Shown: one piece after another, positions 1-9,067 of the stretch
Layout: each line of letters starts with the position of its first letter
Numbering within the stretch: position 1 is the stretch's first letter
Origin: Planctomycetaceae bacterium UBA4655
GTDB taxonomy: Bacteria > Planctomycetota > Planctomycetia > Pirellulales > UBA1268
NCBI GenBank assembly: GCA_002405515.1
Contig: DHLZ01000079.1
Location: forward strand, 2,439 to 50,201
Direction of reading: 5' to 3'
DNA: 47,763 nucleotides
The notes under the pieces: model-generated
What the model saw: the letters and a program-made list of their open reading frames with translations, nothing else
Database searches by the model: none
Told to the model about the DNA's origin: nothing
Translations under genes and position numbers: made by a program

Positions 1-300
1 CAGTCAGGTCCGAGTGAGCGAAGCACAGGATGTGCGGAGCGAACGTCCGGCGAGGGCATACGGGTAGCCCCGAACCCATCAGAGTCGACCGTTCGGGGCT
101 GTCCGTGCCCAGGAGCCGGCATCCGAGCGAGCGAAGGGCAGGCGGGCACCGATCCGCGCAGCGGATTGGTCGCGTAGCGAACGTCCGGCGATGGGCACGG
201 GCAGCCCCGAACCAGCAGAGTTGATCAGCGTTGACCGCGAGGGCTGCCCGAGCCATGTCGCCGGGCTATGTGAGCGAGCGCAGCACCCGAACCCGCGGCC
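1..300. repeat. Tandem REP/MITE-like imperfect palindromic elements (about 2.3 units, period roughly 115-145 bp)
   Basis: A 38-39 nt core, AGCGAACGTCCGGCGA..GGGCA..CGGG.AGCCCCGAACC, occurs at 38-76 and 176-213. Each copy is followed by an inverted partial copy (91-120 and about 238-268). For example, AGCCCCGAAC at 66-75 pairs with GTTCGGGGCT at 91-100. A boundary motif (C)GAG(T/C)GAGCG.AG..CA(GG/CC) recurs at about 11-29, 124-142 and 269-287. The array lies directly 3' of the minus-strand gene ending at 301, and the window starts inside it. Confidence 0.55.
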
Positions 301-1245
301 TCACGGCCCCGGAACGAGGTCGAGCGAGAACCGCACGCGGACGTCGGGATGCGTCGTGTAGAGCCGGTGACGCCGACCGTCGTGGACGAGCGTCGCGCTC
401 GACCGCTTCGGCGCCGCGGGGTCGACCGGCAGGATCGGGTTGCCGACATACTTCTCCCACCGCACGAGATCGTCGCTGGCGGCGATGCATGTCTGCCAGG
501 TCGCGCGGTCCTCCCGCGGGCTCGAGTGGTAGTAGGCGTAGTAGCGGCCGCGGTGCTTCACGATCTGGTCGAAGGCGACGGCGTGGAGGTCGTAGGGCTC
601 CGGGCCGCAGGCGAGCACCGGGTCGTCGCGGACGTTCTGGAACGTCCTGCCGTCAACGCCCGTGGCGAGCCAGACGCCCCGGTCCATCCGCTCGTAGAAG
701 AGGTGCCAGACGCCCCGTTCAAGCCAGACGGCCGGCGTGCCGCGCGGGCCGTCGGGGATGGGCTCGCCCGACGCGAGGCGAATCTCGAGCGGGCCGCGCC
801 GCTCCCAATGGATGCGGTCGGCCGATTCGAGGAGATGGGCGACGTCGTGCTCCCCCTCGGCGAACATGAGGTAGCGGCCGAGCCGCTTCACGACGCACAT
901 GTCCTCGACCCAGGCGTCGGCAACGAGCGGGTTCGCCGGCGACCGCACCCAGTTGAGCCCGTCGCCGCTCGTCGCGAGCCCGACGCGGCGAACCGGATCG
1001 CGATCGAGGTTCGACCCGGTGTACCAGAGTGTCCAGCGGCTTCCCTCCCGCAGGATCCAGCCGCGTTCGCGGAGGTCGCGATCCCAGGTGTCGTGCCCGC
1101 CCCCGGAGAAGAGCGGCGAGGCGGACACCGGTCCGAACTCGACGAGCTCCGAGGGAAACCCCTCGGCCACGGCCGGCCGGCCGCCGATGACCGCCGCGAG
1201 GACGGCGGCAACGACACCACATGCCATTCCCGAGGGTCGCATCAT
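301..1245 (-). CDS. Secreted beta-propeller glycoside hydrolase-like protein (GH43/GH32/GH130-type fold; family not resolved)
   Basis: ORF 301-1335. The internal start [29 protein letters not shown] (ATG at 1245) gives a signal-peptide-like N-terminus. Repeated blade-like motifs: [52 protein letters not shown]. Confidence 0.6.
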   Translation of the reverse strand: MMRPSGMACGVVAAVLAAVIGGRPAVAEGFPSELVEFGPVSASPLFSGGGHDTWDRDLRERGWILREGSRWTLWYTGSNLDRDPVRRVGLATSGDGLNWVRSPANPLVADAWVEDMCVVKRLGRYLMFAEGEHDVAHLLESADRIHWERRGPLEIRLASGEPIPDGPRGTPAVWLERGVWHLFYERMDRGVWLATGVDGRTFQNVRDDPVLACGPEPYDLHAVAFDQIVKHRGRYYAYYHSSPREDRATWQTCIAASDDLVRWEKYVGNPILPVDPAAPKRSSATLVHDGRRHRLYTTHPDVRVRFSLDLVPGP

Positions 1246-1421
1246 TCCGGCAGTGTAACCGGCTGGGAAAGAAGCCGCGGCCCCGGAACGGCCCATCTTC
1301 AGCGGGGCTGGGCATCTCCGCGCCCGGGCCCGCATGCAGTACGATGTCCGGTCAGCGCGCGACGAACGGGACTACGCAAGGCTGGTCGCTCGCGGTGAAC
1401 CGTGATCGAAGGAGATTCGAG

Positions 1422-2003
1422 ATGCTGACCTGCCGCCGCGTGGTGCTGTGGACGTTGACGGGTGTTGTGTTGCTGTCTTCCCAGGGAATCGCACAGGAAA
1501 AAAAGATGCTGCCAAGATGCTTTTTGGATATTTCCGCCGGCGGTGAGAAACTCGGACGGGTCGTCGTCGAGCTGCGGTCCGACGTGGTGCCCAAGACGGC
1601 GGAAAACTTCCGCGCCCTGTGCACCGGCGAGAAGGGCTACGGCTTCAAGGGGAGCACGTTCCACCGCGTGATCCCTGGCTTCATGTGCCAGGGAGGCGAC
1701 TTCACGAACCACAACGGCACCGGCGGCAAGTCGATCTACGGGGCGAAGTTCGCCGACGAGAACTTCACCCTCAAGCACACGGGCCCGGGCGTCCTGAGCA
1801 TGGCCAACGCCGGCCCCAACACGAACGGCTCGCAGTTCTTCCTCTGCACTGCCAAGACCGACTGGCTCGACGGCAAGCACGTCGTCTTCGGCCAGGTGGT
1901 CGAGGGCATGGACGTCGTCCAGAAAGTCGAGGCCCTCGGTTCGCGTGAGGGCAAGACGTCGCGGCGGATCGAGATCACCGACTGTGGCGAATTGAAGGAG
2001 TAA
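1422..2003 (+). CDS. Cyclophilin-type peptidyl-prolyl cis-trans isomerase, eukaryotic CypA/CypB-like, with N-terminal signal peptide
   Basis: The ATG at 1422 is preceded by GGAG at 1411-1414 and lies in frame with ORF 1221-2003. Contains [44 protein letters not shown] and [10 protein letters not shown], near-identical blocks to remembered human cyclophilin A. The hydrophobic N-terminus is [25 protein letters not shown]. Confidence 0.93.
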   Translation: MLTCRRVVLWTLTGVVLLSSQGIAQEKKMLPRCFLDISAGGEKLGRVVVELRSDVVPKTAENFRALCTGEKGYGFKGSTFHRVIPGFMCQGGDFTNHNGTGGKSIYGAKFADENFTLKHTGPGVLSMANAGPNTNGSQFFLCTAKTDWLDGKHVVFGQVVEGMDVVQKVEALGSREGKTSRRIEITDCGELKE

Positions 2004-2058
2004 GGCTGTCGGTGGTCGGGGCGATCGGCTTCGCTCTTTACACGCAAAGCGCTCCGCC

Positions 2059-3085
2059 ATGGCCGACGCCGACCCTGAAACCCCGCGCGTCCGCGAGATT
2101 CGCAACGACGCCTCCGGCTGGCGGCGGCGGGGCCCCTGCCTCTCCGACCGTTCCTGGGGGACCGGCCGGGAGGACTACTCCGCGAACGGCGACGCCTGGC
2201 GGTTTCTCCCCTACGACCTCGCCCGCTCCAAGGCCTACCGCTGGGGCGAGGACGTGGGAGAACCGCCGCCGCGACGCCCCCGCGGCCGGACGTGCTCTTC
2301 ACCCGACGAGCCGCCGCACGATCCGCAACGCCCACTGGCGGCACCTCGACTCCCTGCGGGTCGTGAGCATGCCCGACACGTGGGGGTATCCCTGGTTCGC
2401 AGCCTGGGACCTCGCCTTCCAGGCCGTCCCATTCGCGCTCGTTGATCCCCGGTTGGCGAAGGACCAGCTCTGGATGCCGCTCTTCGAGGAGTTTCAGCAT
2501 CCGAGCGGCCGGCTGCCCGCCTACGAGCGGGAGTTCGGCGACCTCGCCCCACCGGTGCATGCCTGGGCCGTGTGGCGGGTCTACAACATGGAGAAGCGGC
2601 GGCACGGCACCGACGACCGCGCCTGGCTCGAACGCTGCTTCCACAAGCTGTTGCTCGTGTTCACCAGCTGGGTCAACAAGGTCGACCACGAGGGCGACAA
2701 CGTCTTCGAAGGGGGCTTCCTCGGGCCCGACAACATCAGCGTGTTCGATCGGAGCGAGCGGCTCACGGACTGCACGGTGCTCGAGCAGTCCGACGCGACC
2801 GGGTGGATGGGGATGTTCTCCCTCGTCATGATGCGGATGTCGCTCGAGCTGGCCCGCGGCAATCCCGTCTACGAGGAGCTCGCCTCGAAGTTCCACGAAC
2901 GGGAGCCGTTCGTGTTCGACGGCCGCGTCGTCGGTTACGAGCCCGCCGAGTCGCAGACGAAGCTCAAGGGGGGCAACTCCAACTGGCGGGGGCCGATCTG
3001 GTTTGCGACCACCTTCCTCGTCGTCGAGTCGCTACGGAAGCTCGGCACCGCGTTCGGCGACGGCTTCACGCTCGAGACGCCGTGA
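2059..3085 (+). pseudogene. Decayed relic of an MGH1/GH63-like glucosidase (frameshift plus at least two large internal deletions)
   Basis: The frame of 2059-2253 encodes ..[47 protein letters not shown]. This is the conserved N-terminus of the roughly 900-aa family (remembered consensus [21 protein letters not shown]...YRWGEDG), with changes at conserved W/Y/V positions. Homology resumes in another frame near 2330: [66 protein letters not shown]. After about 2890 it jumps to [12 protein letters not shown], and the stop is at 3085. Only about 340 aa of coding capacity remain. Confidence 0.7.
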
Positions 3086-3115
3086 TCCGGCGGGCGGCCG
3101 ATCGCGCTTACGGCG

Positions 3116-4400
3116 ATGGCCCACGACATCGCCCGCGGGCTCGCGCGGGCGTTGGTCGGCAGGCCGCAGCGATCGACTGCGGAACGTCGAGGCCGACTTG
3201 GCTCGCATTCGCTCGAGCGGCTCGAGGACCGCCGGCTGCTCGCGTTCGATCCGTCTCCCCAGGCCCAGGAGATGCTCGAGCACGTCAACCGGATGCGGAT
3301 GAACCCGCAGGCCGAGTTGCAGGCGCTCTTTTCGAGCCTCGACCCGCTGCGGGCCCGCGACGCCGATGCCAACGCCGCGGTCCAGTATTTCCGCGATCCC
3401 TCGGCAGCCGAGATCCGCTCCGAGTGGCCGGCCCTGCAGCCGACGGCCCCGCTTGCATGGAACGAGAGCCTGTCGGCCGCGGCCACCGCCCACTCGCGGC
3501 TGATGATCCAGCACGACACCCAGTCGCACCAACTGCCCGGCGAGCCCGACCTCGTGACGCGGACCCGCAACGCCGGCTACGCGGGCTACTCGGGCATCGG
3601 GGAAAACGCGTTCGCTTTCGCGAAGAACGTCTTCCACGCCCACTCCGCATTCGCGATCGACTGGGCCGTTCCTGATCGCGGCCATCGCACGATGATGATG
3701 GACCCGTCGTTCAAGGAGTTCGGCGCGGGGCTCGAGGGCGACGCGTCGCCGGCCACGTCGGTCGGGCCGCTCGTGGTCACGCAGAACTTCGGCAGCCGGT
3801 TCGCCGACGGCGGCCCGTTCCTCGTCGGTGTCGTCTACCGGGACGCGAATGCAAACCAGCGGTACGACGCGGGCGAAGGAGTCGGCGGCGCGACCGTGCG
3901 GGTGATCGGCCCCTCGGCAACCTTCACGACGACGACGATGTCGGCGGGCGGCTACCAGTTGCAGGTTCCGCAGGGCACCTACACGGTCTCCGCGACCGGA
4001 GGCGGCCTCCCCCGGGCTCTTCCAGGCCACCGGCGTGCAGGTCGTTTCCGCGAACGTGAAGGTCGATTTCAACGGGCAGGCGGCTCCGGTCGCCACCGTT
4101 CCCTCGGCCCCGACCAACGTCGTCGCCACCACCTTGAATCGGCGGGGAACCGTGCGATGGTCGCCGCCCGCCTCGAACGGCGGCCGGGCCGTTTCCAGCT
4201 ACCTGGTGCAGGCGTCGAAGGACGGCGGCCGCACGTGGCAGACCGTGCGGACGGTCAACGGCAAAACCACGTCCGTCAACGTCCCCGGCCTGATCTACGG
4301 CACGACCTACCTTTTCCGCGTGGCCGCCAGGAACGCGGCCGGTGTGAGCCCGTTCTCGACGGCCTCGGCCGGCGTCGCGCCCTCGAGACCGCCCGTGTGA
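3116..4400 (+). CDS. Secreted CAP/SCP (PR-1-like) domain protein with beta-sandwich region and C-terminal fibronectin type III domain; reading frame broken by a 1-nt insertion at C-run 4009-4013
   Basis: CAP motifs: HVNRMRMNP, PLAWNESLSAAATAHSRLM, GENAFAF, DRGHRTMMMDPSFKEFG. The next region is TVRVIGPS..GGYQLQVPQGTYTVSATGGGLP. After the C5 run the meaningful frame switches to ORF 4035-4400: LFQATGVQVVSANVKVDF..PSAPTNVVAT..GTVRWSPPASNGGRAVSSYLVQASKDGGRTWQTV..TTYLFRVAARNAAG, a clear FN3 domain. The original frame continues as an Arg/Gly-rich nonsense tail to 4414. Confidence 0.75.
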
Positions 4401-5554
4401 GGCCGCTTCCATGAATGGGAGGGTTTCCCGGCCGACGACACGATACTCCTGAAAAGCGCCGAATACGCCGACGCTATCCCCTCGCGCGAGTATGCCGTTC
4501 CCACGTGCCGCCGGGCGGCCCGGCCGATCGCTTCCCGGTCGATCTCCATCGCCCGACGCAAACCAACTTCGAGGGCCTCGCTGCTGCCTGCGGGAACGAG
4601 GATGCCGGTTTTCGCGTCCTCAACCATGTCTTTGGTGGCGCCGACGCAGTCGGTAACGACCACCGGCCGACCCAACGCCATCGCCTCCAGGATTGCGTTG
4701 CTGAACCCCTCGTACCGCGACGATGAAACGAATAGATCTGCAGCCCCGACCTCGGCGAGAACCCGGTCGCTGTGCCCCGCCAATTGGACCGAGCCGCCGA
4801 TCTCGAGCCGATGGGCAAGAGCCTGCAGCGCAGGCAATTCCGGCCCCTGGCCAAAGATGGTCAAAACGGCATCCGGATAATCCACGAGAAATCGTGCAAA
4901 CGCAGGCAACAGCAGGTCGAAGCCTTTTTGTGGGGCCAACCGACCAACGGCGACCAGCGATGGATTGCCACGCACGCGTTGCTGACCCATCGCCGCCTGC
5001 GTGGCACGCGCCGCGTCGATGTCGGCCAACGAAACAGGATTGCCGATCGCGACGATCCTTTGCCGCGGCGTGCCGAATGGAGCCAATTCGGCCGCCATGT
5101 CGGATGACTGGGCGACCAATACGTCGGGCATTCTGATCAAGCGTCGCACGACCTGCTCCGCGACCCGGTGCTTCAGCAGCGACGTTCTCTTCAATTCTGC
5201 GAAGTCGGCGGCAATGGCGTTCGCCTGCCGTGCGACATGCGGCGGCCGCCAACGCTGGAAAAGTTTCGCCATTGAAGCGGTCGCGTTCATCCGCAACGTC
5301 GTGAACACCAGATCGGGGCGCAACGCATCGACGGCTTTGGCAAACCGCCAAAACGGATACCGCCCGCCACCCGTCACGCGAACTTCGACGTCTCGAGGCA
5401 GCGCCTTGAAATACCGTCCGCCAGCCTTCGCCACCGCCAGCAATGGCAGAACTTCCGTCCTGTTCAAGCCACAGATGACCTCATAGAAGACGCGGTCCGG
5501 TCCTCCTGAATTCAGCTCCGGGATCGCGAACAACACTCGAGCGGGCCTATCCAT
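4307..5554 (-). CDS. Glycosyltransferase family 4 (GT-B, retaining type)
   Basis: Start MDRPARVLFAIPELNSGGPDRV (ATG at 5554) overlaps the stop of the upstream GT2 gene (ATGGATAG). E-x7-E region: SSSRYEGFSNAILEAMALGRPVVVTD. The last roughly 30 codons overlap the convergent FN3 coding end. Confidence 0.85.
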   Translation of the reverse strand: MDRPARVLFAIPELNSGGPDRVFYEVICGLNRTEVLPLLAVAKAGGRYFKALPRDVEVRVTGGGRYPFWRFAKAVDALRPDLVFTTLRMNATASMAKLFQRWRPPHVARQANAIAADFAELKRTSLLKHRVAEQVVRRLIRMPDVLVAQSSDMAAELAPFGTPRQRIVAIGNPVSLADIDAARATQAAMGQQRVRGNPSLVAVGRLAPQKGFDLLLPAFARFLVDYPDAVLTIFGQGPELPALQALAHRLEIGGSVQLAGHSDRVLAEVGAADLFVSSSRYEGFSNAILEAMALGRPVVVTDCVGATKDMVEDAKTGILVPAGSSEALEVGLRRAMEIDREAIGRAARRHVGTAYSREGIASAYSALFRSIVSSAGKPSHSWKRPHTGGLEGATPAEAVENGLTPAAFLAATRKR

Positions 5555-6635
5555 GCGGCAGCACCCGCTGCTCGTCGCCGACGAACCCGCCCTCCCGATA
5601 CGACGCCATGGCGGACTCGAGCCGTCGCCGGGCGATCGCCGTTCCGACCGGCCCCAACCAGAGCGCAAGCCTCAACATCCGTGCGAGCCGTGACGACGCC
5701 ATGAACGCCGGATAGGTCGCTTGCCCGAAATCGTGGTGCCTTCGGGCCAATGCCCTCTCTCCTTCCGCAACCGACTTCAGCCCCCGCAGCGCGACGTCGT
5801 GCTCGATGAACGCGCGTGCGAGATCGTCTTTCGTGAGTCCGGCGGCCGCCAGCACTTCCGGCGCGGTGTCGAAGGTCGCGCGATACTGATCGAGCAAATG
5901 CTTCAGGGCCCCCGACGAACGCTGGAGCGACCCCTGATTGCTGGTGTGCACCCGATAACTGAACAGGGGCAGATCGACGTAGTAGACGCTCTCCGCGACG
6001 CTCAGGATCTTCCAGACGAAAAACTTGTCCGGGTTGATCAGGCTGCCGCCGCCATACCCCTCGACCGCCTCGTAGACGCCGCGCGGGTAGCAGGTCGTCG
6101 CGAACGCCATCGGATTGCGAAGGTGAAGCAGCGCCTGCCGCAACAGGCTGCGAGCCGGAACCTCCATGATGGAGCCGCCGACGGCACGGCTCAATTCCGC
6201 GTTCGGCCGGGCGTCTACCCATTGCCGCGGATCGAGCCCCGTCCGCCCGGTCGTCTTTCCGTCGCCATCGACGACATGCTGATCCGAACAAAACACCGCC
6301 GTCTTCGCGGCCGGCCCCAGCGCCGCCGCCAGTCGCGCGTAGGTCGCCAGAGCGGCCGGACCCGCAAGATCGTCGGACGACAACAGGATCATCCGGTCTC
6401 CAGTCGCCCCCTGACACGCCCGGTCGAGGTTGCCGGCGAACCCGACGTTCCAGCGATTGCGGTGCAGCCGGATCCGCGGGTCCGCGATCTCCGTCACCCG
6501 CGCCACGGAATCGTCCGTGGACGCGTTGTCAGAGACGATCACCTCGAATTCCGCGTCCTGGGCCAGGACGCTGCGGATCGTTTCCCCGATGTATCGGCCG
6601 TAGTTGTAGTTGGGGATGCAAATCGAAAACTTCAT
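5547..6635 (-). CDS. Glycosyltransferase family 2
   Basis: MKFSICIPNYNYGRYIGETIRSVLAQ..EVIVSDNASTDDS..LSSDD, a typical GT-A/GT2 N-terminus with a DxD motif. ATG at 6635; the ORF track begins at a TTG two codons upstream. Confidence 0.88.
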   Translation of the reverse strand: MKFSICIPNYNYGRYIGETIRSVLAQDAEFEVIVSDNASTDDSVARVTEIADPRIRLHRNRWNVGFAGNLDRACQGATGDRMILLSSDDLAGPAALATYARLAAALGPAAKTAVFCSDQHVVDGDGKTTGRTGLDPRQWVDARPNAELSRAVGGSIMEVPARSLLRQALLHLRNPMAFATTCYPRGVYEAVEGYGGGSLINPDKFFVWKILSVAESVYYVDLPLFSYRVHTSNQGSLQRSSGALKHLLDQYRATFDTAPEVLAAAGLTKDDLARAFIEHDVALRGLKSVAEGERALARRHHDFGQATYPAFMASSRLARMLRLALWLGPVGTAIARRRLESAMASYREGGFVGDEQRVLPHG

Positions 6636-6761
6636 GGTCAAGCTGCCTTTTCCGAAGCACCATGCGGTTCGCCCGGGCAGTGACGCCGGGAATCGAACGA
6701 ATTTTTCGTACGCTGCCGGGGCTCCCCGGAGACCGAGTTTGGGCCGCTCGTGGCACGATGG

Positions 6762-8057
6762 TCATGAAGCGACGCCGGCCGCGGTGCGGAGCCTTGGCAG
6801 CATCGCGTCGGCGATCTGGCTTCGAATCGAATCGAGTTTGACCGCCAGGTCGGCGGCGAGCGTGTCGCGGCGCGACCGGGCCGTGTTGGCCTGTGCCACG
6901 ACGGCCTCGACCCACCCGTCGGCCGGTGGGCGGATCACCTCGACCGGCAATCCCAGCTCCTGGAACAAACCCGTGATCTTGAACGACGCGCCCTCGACCG
7001 GCACCACGGGCGCACCGCCCACCATCGCGAGAATCGCCGTGTGCATTCGACTCGTGACCACCAGGTCGAAGGCCCCGAGCAGCGCCGCGTAACGGTCATA
7101 ATCGAGCGATGCCCCCTCCATCGACACGCCGAGCCGCTCTTTCAGCTGCTCGTAGAAGGCGTGGTCCGAAGGCGCTTCGTTCGACACCAAAACGACACGG
7201 TGTCCGGCGGCCTGCAGTCCGCGGATCACGTCGAACCACCGCCCCGCATACCCCCGAGCCGCCGCCTCCGGAACGTTGATCGCCACCGCGACCTCCCCCG
7301 GCCGCCGCGGCAGCGCGGCCGCGGTTCGACTGGCAAGCGCCAGATCGGGAGCCACGACGACGTTGCCAAGGTCGCCGCCCATCTCGCGGAACGCCTGCAC
7401 GCTCGTGGTATCGCGAAACCCGACCAGGTCGAGTTCGCGATAGACCTTGGGGATGATCGCACGCAGCGTCGCGTCCTCGATATCCATCGTGTGGTTCACG
7501 ATGGCGGTCGGCACGCCGAGCTTGTGCGAGACATGTGCATCGATCAGGTGATAGAACGCCGGCTCCGGCTCGCGCGGGTAGAATTCGCCGGCCGGGTTGA
7601 CCACCACGAGACGTGCGCGTTGGCACGCCGCCAGACGCTGCAGATACGAGTGACGGTAGCCGCCGATCCTCGCGATCCAGCCGCGAAGATTGAGCCGCTT
7701 TCGCAGTTCCGGGAAGCGGACGGGCACCGGTATCGCTTCATCGAGCATGATCCGCGGCGCCGGATCCGGCGGCTGCTGGGCGCCGGCGCCGGGAGCGAGT
7801 CTCGCCAATCTGGTGGTCAGGTCGTCGAACGCACGGTAGGGATCGCGAGACCGCGCCAGCTGCGACAACGTGTATTGCAAAAGATGGGGCGGCCGACGCT
7901 CGAGCACGCGGATCGGCACGCCGGGAAACGCTTGTTGCAGCAGCCCCAGCCATGCGGCGGAAAGCGCCTGGTTTCCCTTGTTCAGGGTGCGCAACCGCGT
8001 GATCAGCAACACCTCGCCGGGGGAACTCGTCATCGCTTCTTCGACAGCTCGCAACAT
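6762..8057 (-). CDS. Polysaccharide pyruvyl transferase family protein (WcaK/CsaB-like)
   Basis: Family signature near the C-terminus: DLVVTSRMHTAILAMVGGAPVVPVEGASFKITGLF. Also a central VVNPAGEFY block. The start could be 8057 or the ATG at 8033. Confidence 0.75.
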   Translation of the reverse strand: MLRAVEEAMTSSPGEVLLITRLRTLNKGNQALSAAWLGLLQQAFPGVPIRVLERRPPHLLQYTLSQLARSRDPYRAFDDLTTRLARLAPGAGAQQPPDPAPRIMLDEAIPVPVRFPELRKRLNLRGWIARIGGYRHSYLQRLAACQRARLVVVNPAGEFYPREPEPAFYHLIDAHVSHKLGVPTAIVNHTMDIEDATLRAIIPKVYRELDLVGFRDTTSVQAFREMGGDLGNVVVAPDLALASRTAAALPRRPGEVAVAINVPEAAARGYAGRWFDVIRGLQAAGHRVVLVSNEAPSDHAFYEQLKERLGVSMEGASLDYDRYAALLGAFDLVVTSRMHTAILAMVGGAPVVPVEGASFKITGLFQELGLPVEVIRPPADGWVEAVVAQANTARSRRDTLAADLAVKLDSIRSQIADAMLPRLRTAAGVAS

Positions 8058-8398
8058 TGAGGGGAATCGACCTGCTCCGGTTCTTCCTCGTGGCTGCCCA
8101 ACCGTGCCTGCACGTCCGACCTGGTTCAGATTGACGTCGTCCAGGCCCCGGTGGTCGTGGAGAGCCTCTGGGATCGTTCAAAGATCCGATGATCGTGGAG
8201 AGAATGGGCGGAAAGGTCAATGGCACTTCCGCGACCATTTCCAGCTCGCCGGGGGGGTCGCGAGCCACGACACCCTGCCTTCGGTCCCCCGGACCGCGTC
8301 TCGGAGGCCAGCCCCCCCGCCCGTGGTGGCGACGTCGTGTCCGCCTTCTGGAGCGGCAGGACGAAGTCCTCTCGGCTGCCGCGGGACGTCGGACACGC

Positions 8399-9067
8399 TC
8401 AGACTTTTTCGAGCACGACGCAGCTCACCTTGAAGCTTCTGAACAGCCAGAGCATCCGGTGCAGCTGCGCGCAGGCGATCCAAGGCCTCGCGACGTTCAG
8501 GATCCTCAATCCGGCCATCGTGAAGTACCGCAGGCCCCCGATGATCCCGCCGGCGAACGCCTCGTTTCTCAACGTCCCGTCCACGAGGACGCTGCCCTTC
8601 ACCAGCTTCATCCCCGGAAACGCCTTCGCCAGTTCCTCGGGCGAAGGGCGGTACAACGTGTCGATCGGGTCCGGATGATAGGGATAGCTGAGCGGAACCG
8701 TCACGACGACCCGCCCGCCGTGCGCCACGATGTCGATCAGGGCCGAACTCAACGGCCCACGATCCGCAAGATGCTCCAGGAGGTTCGAGCAAATGACGGA
8801 ACGGAAACCCATTTTCTTCAACGTCGAGACGAAAGCCGGATCGGTCAGGTCGCCCGCCAGATCGACTCCTTCGTCCTCCTGAATGTCGATGTTGACGACC
8901 TTGTATCCGGCCTCACGCAATGGCCGAAACAATCTGTTTTCGATGTGCGGCTTCTTCTTCGTGCGGAACTCGAGGGTTTGCGATCCTATATTGGCGATCG
9001 GGGACATTTCGTCCGCGCCCCGCGACATCAGCTCGGCGCGAATCCAATCGGCTTCGTTGGGCCTCAT
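8399..9067 (-). CDS. Class I SAM-dependent methyltransferase
   Basis: The internal start MRPNEADW (ATG at 9067) forms an ATGA overlap with the flippase stop at 9064-9066. Contains VVNIDIQEDEGVDLAGDLTD and VICSNLLEHLAD (Methyltransf_11/23-like). Confidence 0.75.
   Translation of the reverse strand: MRPNEADWIRAELMSRGADEMSPIANIGSQTLEFRTKKKPHIENRLFRPLREAGYKVVNIDIQEDEGVDLAGDLTDPAFVSTLKKMGFRSVICSNLLEHLADRGPLSSALIDIVAHGGRVVVTVPLSYPYHPDPIDTLYRPSPEELAKAFPGMKLVKGSVLVDGTLRNEAFAGGIIGGLRYFTMAGLRILNVARPWIACAQLHRMLWLFRSFKVSCVVLEKV

Noticed and set aside
1-300. Possible CRISPR array, because of repeated 38-nt cores
   Set aside because: Only two direct copies are present, plus inverted partial copies. Spacing is irregular, the repeats are imperfect and palindromic with each other, and there are no cas genes. 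A REP/MITE-like element fits better.
4307-4400. 94-bp convergent overlap of the FN3 coding end with the GT4 C-terminus as a functional antisense arrangement
   Set aside because: The GT4 tail beyond its conserved core (..SALFRSIVSSAGKPSHSWKRPH..) has no recognisable domain. It may simply be read-through to the first available stop in GC-rich DNA. There is no evidence of regulation.
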